From: a bacterium
GTDB taxonomy: Bacteria > Patescibacteriota > Saccharimonadia > UBA4664
Length of the DNA: 64,000 bases
Assembly: GCA_016699105.1 (NCBI GenBank)
Contig: CP064960.1
Location: 456,727 to 520,726 of the forward strand
Direction: 5' to 3'
Positions 20,511 through 31,633 of the stretch are shown in pieces. Position numbers and translations under genes: made by a program. Position 1 is the first letter of the stretch, and each line of letters begins with the position of its first letter. The notes beneath the pieces were generated by a model that was not told the DNA's origin, made no database searches, and saw nothing but the letters and a program-made list of their open reading frames with translations.

Positions 20511-21313
20511 ATGACAAATTTAGAAAAATTAGAATCGCAAGCATTTGAGTTAGGCCAATCATTGATTCGCCAAGCCGGTGATATGGTTACACGAAGTTTG
20601 GCCGAGGAGGGAATTACGCAAGTTCCTGGAAAGAAGATAATACACCCGTTACATCGATCGATATTGCAGTCAATGAGTTCGTAATTGAGCGGATTAAGCA
20701 GGCCTATCCAAAAGACCGCATTTACGGCGAAGAAGTGAGTTCTGCGGGTACGGAAGGTGGTTTTACTTGGGTGCTAGATCCAGTTGATGGTACCCAAGCA
20801 CTTGAGCAAGGATTGAATACGGTTACGTGTTGCTTGGCCCGTTTGGATGTGGACGGAAAGCCTATATTTGGAATTGTTGTAAATCCCGCTACAGATGAAT
20901 TATTTGCCTGTAGACGAGAAGGCAAATCAACTCTAAACGGTAAACCCGTTCAAGTTTCTGATAACAAACAGTTTAAGGGGAGCTATGTTTATCTGGGGAG
21001 TAGGATACAACCGGAAGATCTAGCTACTAACGGTGTTATTTACGACCGAATTGAGGGTGCTGGCGGAAAAGTATTTAATGCCCGATCTTTATCATTCGGG
21101 TGCATGCAAGTCGCTAAAGGTGCTGCTGTAGGCGCCTATATCGGTGTGCGAACACCATTTGAGGCTGCTTCGGTTCAATTGATAGTCGAAGGGGCAGGTG
21201 GCAAGGTAACCGACTTACATGGTAGGGCACCTGGTCGTATGGACGGAGCGATTGATGGTTTAGTTGTATCAAATGGCAAAGTTCACGATCAGTTACTTTC
21301 AGTTTTGTTATGA
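20511..21313 (+). CDS. suhB: Inositol monophosphatase family protein (SuhB/IMPase-like); frameshift near 20627-20633
   Basis: N-terminal frame (20511..) MTNLEKLESQAFELGQSLIRQAGDM..., then a second frame gives DNTPVTSIDIAVNEF...IYGEE...WVLDPVDGT (IMPase motifs). The two join across an aaa run. Confidence 0.75.
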
Positions 21314-21320
21314 TGGCTGT

Positions 21321-21692
21321 ATGAAGATTATTGAACGGCAAGAAGCAGGTTTTCGAGAAAAGCCGGAAGGCGATAAGACTTACTATTATTTATTCGACGA
21401 TTACGAAGTAATGATGACGGAGCAGCCGCCACATAGTGAGCAGGCTTGGCATCATCACGAGATAATTTGGGAGACCATTTATATCGTTGAAGGTGAATTG
21501 CGTGTGCTGTGGCGCGAGGGTGATGAGGAAAAGTCTCGGATGGTGTACGCCGGTGATCTGCTGGAAACTGAGCAATCAAGTCACACTTTTCGAAATGAAT
21601 CAGCTAGTGTTGTAAAACTTATGGCAATTAAGCATATACGATCAGATCAAAACTATCATGAAGTATTTAAGTCAGATAAAGTACTGGATTAA
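21321..21692 (+). CDS. Cupin-domain protein
   Basis: Cupin-like motifs (HHHE...IYIVEGEL...H) from MKIIERQ; the longer ORF from 21264 overlaps suhB and is unlikely. Confidence 0.55.
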   Translation: MKIIERQEAGFREKPEGDKTYYYLFDDYEVMMTEQPPHSEQAWHHHEIIWETIYIVEGELRVLWREGDEEKSRMVYAGDLLETEQSSHTFRNESASVVKLMAIKHIRSDQNYHEVFKSDKVLD

Positions 21693-21785
21693 AGCTGGCA
21701 CTCACGTCTGAAGATTGCTAACATTAGTGACAGCTCTTCTAAAAGGGGAGTTGATCTAGGGCCTTCAAGAGAGGAATGATCTGCC

Positions 21786-22088
21786 ATGAAGATTAAGATC
21801 GTACGGGTACCAGCGGGCAGCCCGCCGCTGTGGGTTCGGCAAGCGTCAGTGGAGCTGGTGTTGCCTTGCGCCCATGAGGGCGTGTCAACGTCACCAGTGC
21901 TTGGTATCGCGGGCGGTAAGCCGTCTGAGGCTAATATCACTGGCTATCAAGTAGCGGTCGGCGACCTTGTGAGTGCTCTGCGTCATGCTAGGGAGGAAGA
22001 GGCCGCCCGATGGTGGGAACGTAGATCGGGCTTACGCCTCGATAGTATTATCCAATACGGAGAGATATTTTGCGACGAGGTAGCTTGA
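21786..22088 (+). CDS. Hypothetical protein
   Basis: 100 aa ORF, no recognisable motif. Confidence 0.3.
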   Translation: MKIKIVRVPAGSPPLWVRQASVELVLPCAHEGVSTSPVLGIAGGKPSEANITGYQVAVGDLVSALRHAREEEAARWWERRSGLRLDSIIQYGEIFCDEVA

Positions 22089-22172
22089 TCTTGGTTACCG
22101 ACATAGCTGGTGGTTTTGGGGGAAGACCTTTGAAACCACCAGCTTTAAGTATTAGTGGATATACTATAGTAA

Positions 22173-23675
<1,503 letters not shown>

Positions 23676-23678
23676 TCA

Positions 23679-24692
23679 ATGAGCGAAGACTGGCGATCAC
23701 AATCTGAAAATAACGTAGTCGGATCACCGGCACGTCCTCAGGTAGTGAAGCCAGAGCGTCGGCGGCATTGGAAGCGTTGGGTAGTGTTAGTTTTAGGATT
23801 GATTGTTGTAGCGTTGATTGGGTTTGCCGTAATGTTGAGCCAAAATGTTGCAAAAATGTCTACAAATCCCTGGTACTTTGGGGTTTTGGCGAACGACTCG
23901 GCGCGGACGAATGTGTTGGTGCTCGGTTCAGGTGATCCAGGTCATGCTGGCGAGAAACTCACTGACACTATCATGATTCTCAGCTCGGGTCAGCAGACCC
24001 AACACAACGGGATTGCCGGATTGCCGCGGGATATGCGGGTACCGATTGCGGGTTTTGGATCAGGCAAAATCAATTCTGCTTATGCCTTAGGTGGTTTGGA
24101 TACAGCTCGGCAAACAGTAGCCAATGTCAGCAATCAGCCAATTCATTATGCAATCGAATTGAAATTTAACGGCGTTGTCACGCTCGTTGATGCGCTGGGT
24201 GGGTTGGACGTAGATGTGAAAGAGCGGTTGTACGATACTGAATACCCTTGCGTAGATAATCAATATAAGGCTTGTGGGCTAGACATTCCGGCTGGGCTTC
24301 AGCATATGGATGGTCGGACAGCATTGGCTTATATACGCTGTCGTAAAGGCACGTGTGGAAACGATTTTGGGCGGGTCGAGCGGCAGCAAGAGGTGGTTGG
24401 TTTGATAAGTGAGCGGATGACTGATTCGACGATGTGGCTGCATCCCAGCACTTTGTGGCGATTGAGCCTGACAGCTGATGATATTTTAACTACAGATATG
24501 AGTATTTTTCAGATGATTCAATTTGCGTGGCAATGGCAGAAATACAACAACCAATCACCGGCAAATCACCTGGTGTTATCAACAGAGTCAGGTGGATTTT
24601 TGCAAAACGGTGGTGGAAGCGACCTCGTGCCAGTGGGCGGTAACTGGCAGGCGATACATGAGGCAATTGCCGGACTGGTTGACAGGCCTTAA
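23679..24692 (+). CDS. LytR-CpsA-Psr (LCP) family cell-envelope phosphotransferase
   Basis: N-terminal TM plus the LCP core (NVLVLGSGDPGHAGEKLTDTIMILS...INSAYALGG). Confidence 0.75.
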   Translation: MSEDWRSQSENNVVGSPARPQVVKPERRRHWKRWVVLVLGLIVVALIGFAVMLSQNVAKMSTNPWYFGVLANDSARTNVLVLGSGDPGHAGEKLTDTIMILSSGQQTQHNGIAGLPRDMRVPIAGFGSGKINSAYALGGLDTARQTVANVSNQPIHYAIELKFNGVVTLVDALGGLDVDVKERLYDTEYPCVDNQYKACGLDIPAGLQHMDGRTALAYIRCRKGTCGNDFGRVERQQEVVGLISERMTDSTMWLHPSTLWRLSLTADDILTTDMSIFQMIQFAWQWQKYNNQSPANHLVLSTESGGFLQNGGGSDLVPVGGNWQAIHEAIAGLVDRP

Positions 24693-24718
24693 CTAAACTA
24701 GCTAGTGTTAAGCATAAG

Positions 24719-25951
24719 ATGCATGAATTACCAACCAGTGTGAGCGAGCGTTTTGATGCTCAAGTTGTACAGAAAGCCTTAGCGTATATCGAAGGCTACT
24801 GGGACACTCTCCAACGACACCAGACGACCGACAAGGGTACCATCATAGGCCTGCCTCATCCATACCTGGTGCCCAGTTCGGGTAATGGCAGTGGCTTTTC
24901 ATACCAAGAAATATATTATTGGGACAGCTATTTCATGGTACAGGGGTTATGGGGAACGGATCGTGAGTACATGGTCAAAGATATAACTGATAATTTGTTG
25001 TATTTAATGCAACGATTTGGCGTAATTCCGAACTCAGGACGCATGTATCACACCGGTCGGAGTCAGCCGCCGTTTTTAACGACCCTTATCAGGCAAGTAT
25101 TTGACGTAACGGGTGATTTGGAGTGGTTAGAGCAATCAGCGGCCATAGCTCAGCTGGAGTATGAAACAGTCTGGATGGGTACCGAGCATCCTCACTGGCG
25201 TCAAGTTTTCGAAGGATTGTCGCGATATTACGATGTGGACGTACTCAATGATTTGGCGGAAGCCGAGAGTGGCTGGGATATGACGACACGCTTTGATCGG
25301 CGGGCGCTCAGTTTCCTGCCGGTTGATTTGAACGCCCTACTTTATAAGTACGAAACTGACTTAAGTGAGATAGTCGGGATACTAGGTCGGGAATCGGATG
25401 CAGCAGTTTGGCAGGAACGAGCTGCTCAACGTCAAAAAGTGGCCGATAATTATTTGTGGGACAGCCACAAAGGTGGTTATTTTGATTTTGATTACAGTAG
25501 GCTGGAACTTGGCAGTGTCTGGTCACTAGCAACCTATTTTCCGATGTGGTCAGGTATGGCGAGTGAACGTCAAGCGGCTGATTTGGTGAAAAATTTACAA
25601 CGATTTGACTGTCCAGGTGGACTTTCTACAACAGCAAAAGAGCCTCAAATAGGTATGGTGGTGCCGACTCAATGGGCCTACCCGAATGGCTGGGCGCCGC
25701 TGGAAATGATCGTGATCGAAGGGCTGGAACGTTACGGTTATCAAGCTGAAGCACGATTATATGCTCGGAAATGGTTAGCGACAAACTTGAACTGGTTTAA
25801 TCACCGTGAAGAATTCCTCGAAAAATATAACGTGGCTGAACCAGAACTGCCACCGCTGCAAGGCTTGTATCCAAATCAGGTCGGATTTGGTTGGACTAAT
25901 GCTGTATTTGTGCGTTTTGCGGCCAAGTACCTCGACGACAATGAACGTTAA
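24719..25951 (+). CDS. Glycoside hydrolase family 37-like (trehalase-like)
   Basis: Motifs resembling trehalase signatures (YQEIYYWDSYF, QWAYPNGWAPLE); (alpha/alpha)6-barrel-like. Shorter than typical trehalases. Confidence 0.6.
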   Translation: MHELPTSVSERFDAQVVQKALAYIEGYWDTLQRHQTTDKGTIIGLPHPYLVPSSGNGSGFSYQEIYYWDSYFMVQGLWGTDREYMVKDITDNLLYLMQRFGVIPNSGRMYHTGRSQPPFLTTLIRQVFDVTGDLEWLEQSAAIAQLEYETVWMGTEHPHWRQVFEGLSRYYDVDVLNDLAEAESGWDMTTRFDRRALSFLPVDLNALLYKYETDLSEIVGILGRESDAAVWQERAAQRQKVADNYLWDSHKGGYFDFDYSRLELGSVWSLATYFPMWSGMASERQAADLVKNLQRFDCPGGLSTTAKEPQIGMVVPTQWAYPNGWAPLEMIVIEGLERYGYQAEARLYARKWLATNLNWFNHREEFLEKYNVAEPELPPLQGLYPNQVGFGWTNAVFVRFAAKYLDDNER

Positions 25952-25969
25952 ATACCAGCTGAGGCGTTT

Positions 25970-26185
25970 GTGACGTGCCCTGATTGCCATGCAGCATTAC
26001 TGCCAGTCGAGGGTGAATTGTTTTGCCTACAGTGTGGCCAAGTATATGTCACTGCCCAAACCCAGCCGGTACTACCGGCACCTGAAATAGCTCCAGAGCC
26101 CGAAGTGATACCGCCAGCGCCAGCCATAGTACCAGCACCTGTACCGAAAACGAGTTGGTGGCGAAAGCTAACCGGCAGACAATAG
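25970..26185 (+). CDS. Small zinc-ribbon protein with Pro/Ala-rich tail
   Basis: CPDC...CLQCG (CxxC-x-CxxC) then a PAPEIAPEPEVIPPAPAIVPAPVP tail; GTG start. Confidence 0.4.
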   Translation: MTCPDCHAALLPVEGELFCLQCGQVYVTAQTQPVLPAPEIAPEPEVIPPAPAIVPAPVPKTSWWRKLTGRQ

Positions 26186-26187
26186 TC

Positions 26188-27762
26188 CTAACCGACCTGA
26201 GTGTAAACTTCTTCGAGCGTCGTAACTTTGTTGAGTGCTTTGATGATACCGTCTTGCAAGATGGTAGTCATACCATCTTTGATGGCGGCTTGTTCGATGC
26301 TATTGGCGGTGGTAGCTAGGGTACTATTGGCAATGAGCTCAGCCATGGGTTGTGTGATGGCCATTTGTTCCATGATGCTCGTGCGGCCTTTATACCCAAA
26401 GTGGAAGCACTGATTACAACCAACAGGCTTGGCCAACTTGATGCCCTCAAGGGGAGGATAGAGATCGGTACTAACACCGTCTAATACGGTTTTAATTTGG
26501 GTGAGCTCGGCTTTGGACGGTTCATACTCGGCTTTGCAATTGTTGCAGAGCGTGCGCACGAGCCGTTGAGCCATGATGAGCTTGATGGAGCTGGCTAGGA
26601 GTGGGTTTTGACCAATCATGTCCATGAGACGGGAAATGGCAGCTGAAGCATTGGTGGCGTGAAAGGTGGACAATACAAGGTGTCCCGTCAAAGCAGCCTG
26701 GAGGGCAGTTTTGGCAGTATCGGCATCGCGGATTTCCCCAATCATAATGACGTTTGGGTCTTCGCGGAGGACGGCGCGCAGTTTTTCCATAAATAATTGT
26801 GAATCTGCTGAGCTGACCGGGATTTGGCTAATGCCTTCGAGTTCGTATTCGACGGGATCTTCGAGGGAAACGATTTTTACTTCGGCACTATTGAGGTGAT
26901 TCATAACAGAATAGAGCGTAGAGGTTTTACCGGAACCAGTCGGGCCGACACTCATGACGAGGCCACGGGGGTGGGCAGTTGCTTCCAGGAGTACATCTCG
27001 TTGCTTATCGGTGAGGTGTAGGTTCTCAATATTGAGATATTGCATACTCAAGTTGAAGAGCCGAATAACGACATCTTCGCCATGCAGCGACGGTATGGTT
27101 TCAATACGCATGTTAAGTGGTACTTCATCACCATCAGGATCGATGACACTAATACTCAAGCGGCCGCCTTGAGGCACATCGCCGCCCCATTTAACACCGG
27201 CGCGCATTTGGAGGTCTGATGCGAACAGATCATAGCGATCTTTGGGTAAGACAGTAATCGGGTGCAGTGTACCGTCGATTCTGAACCGGATGCGCGCTTC
27301 GGTTGCGCTTGGTTCAATATGTATGTCTGAGGCTCCTATCTGATAAGCAAGCTGGGCGACGGGCTCAAACATATATTTGGGTTCAATATTGAGAATGCGA
27401 TCGGTAAATTGGCTGAAATCACCGGCATCAATGGCTTGCTGGTCTTTGGCGGTCAAGAATCTGTTGAATAGCCGGTTCCAGCCAAATTGTGAGCTAAACA
27501 TGAAGACGACATCAAAGCCCGTAAGTCTTTGACGTAGCGATTCGAGCTGAGCTCGTTCGGTATCTTCACTGATGGCGAGAGTGAGCTGCTTACCGATGAC
27601 GCCAATTGGTATGACGCCATAGGCTTCCATGCCAGCTAGGGTTAACTTGCCGATAAGGGGTTTAATATCTAGTTTTGGGCGGGTATCGAAGTAGGGTAAC
27701 CCGATCTGGTCGGCAAAACTTTTGGCAGATAGTTCAACTTGGTCACGTTCGTCGGTTGTCAT
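26188..27762 (-). CDS. pilB: Type IV pilus / type II secretion assembly ATPase (PilB/GspE family)
   Basis: N-terminal T2SSE_N-like domain, Walker A VGPTGSGKTST, Asp/His boxes and a C-terminal CxxC...CxxC zinc motif. 524 aa. Confidence 0.85.
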   Translation of the reverse strand: MTTDERDQVELSAKSFADQIGLPYFDTRPKLDIKPLIGKLTLAGMEAYGVIPIGVIGKQLTLAISEDTERAQLESLRQRLTGFDVVFMFSSQFGWNRLFNRFLTAKDQQAIDAGDFSQFTDRILNIEPKYMFEPVAQLAYQIGASDIHIEPSATEARIRFRIDGTLHPITVLPKDRYDLFASDLQMRAGVKWGGDVPQGGRLSISVIDPDGDEVPLNMRIETIPSLHGEDVVIRLFNLSMQYLNIENLHLTDKQRDVLLEATAHPRGLVMSVGPTGSGKTSTLYSVMNHLNSAEVKIVSLEDPVEYELEGISQIPVSSADSQLFMEKLRAVLREDPNVIMIGEIRDADTAKTALQAALTGHLVLSTFHATNASAAISRLMDMIGQNPLLASSIKLIMAQRLVRTLCNNCKAEYEPSKAELTQIKTVLDGVSTDLYPPLEGIKLAKPVGCNQCFHFGYKGRTSIMEQMAITQPMAELIANSTLATTANSIEQAAIKDGMTTILQDGIIKALNKVTTLEEVYTQVG

Positions 27763-27828
27763 GCTTCTTATGTTACCATGGTCAACGCCAACTGGTCAGC
27801 CACATTCGTGCCTGCAATTGGACATCAG

Positions 27829-29150
27829 TCAGGGCGAGTCCGTAATAGAGGGGCTGAAATAAATGAACCCAGCGCCAACAGCTATGATGGCGATGGCAAA
27901 ACCAAGTCGATATCTGGGATTATGAAGTTTTGGCGTCAGAAAGTAGCTGCCCAACATGGTAACTATCAATATCGAATAGAGAAACGAAAAGAAATAGTGG
28001 TACAAAAACATGACACGAGGTACCCCAATGAAGGGTAAGAGGTTGAGGAGGTAGCCTAGGGTCAGAAATGTCAGTGGTTCGCTCACTTTGACGGGTAGCT
28101 TGTGGTTACTCAAAATGAGGTGAGCCAAAATAATAATGACGCTTATTACTACGCCCCACCAAATAATTGGATTACCGAGTAGATAGATGTGACCTTGACC
28201 GCCAACGTTGTTGGCTGTGCCTTGCCAGTAATAGATAGGTCGTTCGAGGAATGGCCAGGTGATCCAGCGAGAGCCATAAGGATGAGTAGCCGTCAGGTCT
28301 CGGTTGGCCCGATACATTGTAATGTTGAGCTCGGTAATTTTGGAGACAAAGCTCATATGAGTTGAGCGGTCATAGGCAGGATTGTCGATAAGTGTGCTTT
28401 GAAACTGCTGACTCATAAAAGCATCACCTTCACCACTGCTTGGTAGGAGGGCAAAGTGGAGCCAGAAGCTACTTACATATATAGTCACAGGAATGATCAC
28501 GAAAACTGCCAACTCTTTGAAAGCGTGGATGAGCCGTTGGTTGGTGCCGAGGCTTTGACGTTGGTCCCATAGCCAACAGAGTCCGATGACTGCAAGGGCC
28601 GTGAGCCCTGTCCACTTGATACTGCCGGCGATACCGGCGGAAGTAATAGCCGCTGTTAACCAGAACCAGCGACGCTTGCCGGTGAGGCCTCGGGCAACCA
28701 GATAACAGTACAGTGCACTTAGTCCGCTCAGCAGCAGTAATGAATCTGTCAAAATAAATCGTGATTCTACTAGTAAGGCGCCGTCGGCTAAAACCAGAAA
28801 AGCACCCAGAAAAGCAAAGGGTCGGCTGGCTCCCAAACGGTTGAGAATAAGCCAGATGAGCGGAACGAGCATCGCCCCTGCGAGCGCGGGTATAAGCCGT
28901 AACGGTAGAGCCGATGTCGTTAATAAGGCCGTGGCATCGAGTCCCCACAATTTAGCCCAGTACGCAAAAATGAGTTTCATGAGCGGGGATGGATATCAAA
29001 GAAATAATGACCGTCTAAGTAGTGGGCGGCGAAGGCTTTGAAATACACTTCATCAAAAACTGTTTCTCCGGGGCGAAATAGACCCCAAAAGCGAGTAATA
29101 ACGGCACCGACGATGAGGGCAGTAAATTCCGGAGCGAGGCGTCGTTTCAT
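27829..29150 (-). CDS. GT39/PMT_2 family (ArnT-like) membrane glycosyltransferase; frameshift near 28985-28988
   Basis: N-terminal segment (ORF 28977..29252 from MKRRL...FDEVYFKAFAAHYLDGHYFFDIHP) joins the 383 aa multi-TM ORF 27829..28980 (IHPPLMKLIF expected) across gggg. Confidence 0.7.
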
Positions 29151-29197
29151 GAGAATAAGTATACCTTGCTGAGCGCTCAATTGAAGTAATTTCTCGT

Positions 29198-29889
29198 CTA
29201 ATATATGTATCGGAACGACGAACTGTTGGCCCAACGGGTGCTGCGTACCCATAGGCCTTGATAGTTCATCTCAGAGACGTATACTTGGCTGCCATCTGTA
29301 GATATATCTTCGACTAGCGCAACATGGCCAAAGGCCCCAGTACTTGTCTGGGCAATGGCGCCAATGGCGGGAAGATTGCCGACAGGCCAACCGGCGGCTA
29401 GAGCTGAGCGGTACCAGTTGTTGGCATTACCCCAGCCGCTAGGGATGGGGCGCCGGCTGGCGACGTACCACGTGCATTGTCCACGGGCATAATTATTGGT
29501 GAAGGAACTAGTAGAAGCTAAATTGGCGGAAACAGGTTTAGAAACTATGGTTTCTGATACTTGTGGTGATGGCGCACTTGCTCCTGAGGACCGCTTGGTA
29601 ATGTAATAGCGGCAACGGCGGCAGGGGTGGCCGTTGCAACAACAGTGGTGGGGGAAGTGGAGGAAGCTGCCTGAGCGTCAGTGCCACTCGCGGATGGTGC
29701 AGTAATACTGCTACTTGTGACAGCCAGACCGGCCAATAAGCCAATTAAGGCTCCTCGCTTGAGCTGTTGAAATGGCGTTTGAGCGATCTGAAGTCGCCAG
29801 ATATGTACTGAGTACGACCAGCGGCGCCATCGAGAATGAAAACGTGGTCGCGTGAGATATGACGAAAATACGTGTAGTTGACGGTTCAA
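29198..29889 (-). CDS. CHAP-domain peptidoglycan hydrolase with N-terminal signal/TM and Ser/Thr/Ala linker; frameshift near 29545
   Basis: Manual minus-strand translation of 29198-29545 gives GQCTWYVASRRPIPSGWGNANNWY...GHVALVEDI (CHAP Cys and His motifs). The upstream ORF 29545..29889 is the secretion/linker part in another frame. Confidence 0.6.
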
Positions 29890-29978
29890 AAGCCTAGATG
29901 CTCCATCTGTTTATGGCCAAGTGACGATGATATACCTCATTCGCACATAAGCCAAGCTTAGGCGTAATATAAGTAGGT

Positions 29979-30877
29979 ATGAAAAGGCGCACACATTGGC
30001 TACGAAACGTACTTTGGCTGACCGCTTGGGCTGTTGTATTGGTAGCGGTATGGCAGTGGCGATGGTTGCGCGACGAATATGTGCTGCGGACATACCAGCC
30101 TCGTCCTGACGTCGTGCAACTACTAGATGGAGTGGAACTTACCTCAGCTGGTTTGGCGGCGCTATATCGATCGGATCCAATCATTGATGACAAATTAAGT
30201 TTTGCGCAACACTGCCCAACTGAATCAGCGGGCTTGGAGCTGGGATGCTATGACGGTGGTCAAATATTTATCTTACGTATCGATAATAACCAATTGGCTC
30301 CAGAGATGAAGGCAGTATTGGTTCACGAAATGTTGCATGCAGTCTGGGCTGACCTGCCAGCGAACCGGCGTCAAGAGCTGACGGAGAGAGTGCAGTACTA
30401 TTATCAGCAAGAAGCTACCCAAGACATCGATCTCGTGGAGCGCATGGCTGGCTACACCGAGACCGAGCCGGGTGAAGAATCAAACGAGTTACATTCGATT
30501 TTGGGTAGCGAACAGACTGAACTGCCTGTCAGTTTGGAAGAGCACTATAGCCTGTATATTGGAAATCGACAGGCTATAGTGGGATACCACGAACAATACT
30601 CGGCAGTCTTTGAAAAACAATTGAGCGAATTGAAAAGGAATTAGCAGCTATTTCGTCCGACAAGGTTACATTGGAAGCTCTCAATAATCGTATGACAAGT
30701 CTGAGAAATGCTGGCAAGATTGCTGAATATAATGCATTGGTGCCACAGCAAAACCGACTGGTGGTGGCGATAAATGCGCGTATCGATACATATAGTCAAG
30801 CGGTGGCAGACTACAACGCTTTGTCAGTAGTGCTTGATGCCCAGTCGGCACCCGAGCTCGTTGCGCCAGTCAAATAA
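29979..30877 (+). CDS. Membrane-anchored HExxH (putative zinc-dependent) protein; frameshift near 30634-30637
   Basis: N-terminal TM, VHEMLHAVW HExxH motif; ORFs 29979..30644 and 30671..30877 join in one frame (…QLSELKRELAAISSD…) across an aaaa run. Confidence 0.4.
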
Positions 30878-30894
30878 ATACGTCTTTATATCTG

Positions 30895-30925
30895 AAAAGC
30901 GGCTCTCGGGGAGCCGCTTTTCGGT
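30895..30925 (+). terminator. Rho-independent terminator
   Basis: AAAAGCGGCUCUC-GGG-GAGCCGCUUUU hairpin flanked by U-rich sequence. Confidence 0.5.
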
Positions 30926-31038
30926 GATGGAGTTTGTTCTTTTTGTTTTGAGTACTTTTTTGTGCAGGTACCTACTGATAGATTAACGCTTATACTTATG
31001 TCCGTCAAGACAATTTATACACATTTTTACAAGCATAA

Positions 31039-31506
31039 CTAGTTTCTATGACGAGCCCTCTGGACAAGTTCACGCGCGGTCTGGCGCTGGTCGTCGCGGG
31101 CTTTGAGAACGGCGCGTTTGTCATAGCGTTTGCGACCAACGCCAAGAGCTAATTCTACTTTGACAAATGGACCCGCCAAGACGAAGGCAGTTGGCACAAT
31201 GCTGCGGCCCGATTCTTTGCCAGCGATGAGATCATCGATTTGCCGGCGGTGTAAAAGTAGTTTGCGCTGGCGAGTGGGATCAATGGTTAGTTTATTGTTT
31301 GCTTGGGTATACGGGGTGATGTGTGAGCCCATGAGGTAGGCTTCGCCATGCTTTATAACGATAAAGGGCACCCTTGAGGCTGGCTTTGCCGTTCTTGAGA
31401 CTTTGACTTCGTGGCCCTCAAGCGAGATGCCAGCAAGCATAGATTCACCGAGATCGTAGTCGAAACGGGCACGGCGGTTGGTTGCTAAGACTTTCATAAT
31501 AGACAC
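31039..31506 (-). CDS. smpB: SsrA-binding protein
   Basis: MKVLATNRRARFDY...IVIKHGEAYL...GKESGRSIVP canonical SmpB. Confidence 0.9.
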   Translation of the reverse strand: MSIMKVLATNRRARFDYDLGESMLAGISLEGHEVKVSRTAKPASRVPFIVIKHGEAYLMGSHITPYTQANNKLTIDPTRQRKLLLHRRQIDDLIAGKESGRSIVPTAFVLAGPFVKVELALGVGRKRYDKRAVLKARDDQRQTARELVQRARHRN

Positions 31507-31633
31507 ATTATAGGCGTAAATTGGGCATTACTGATATAATTGGCTCCGTAATGATACTCAAAACACTCCAAAAGATCTGTCGCCAATCTTAGAACGACTG
31601 TGGGGAGCGAATGCACTTGTACCCGAAGTCCAA

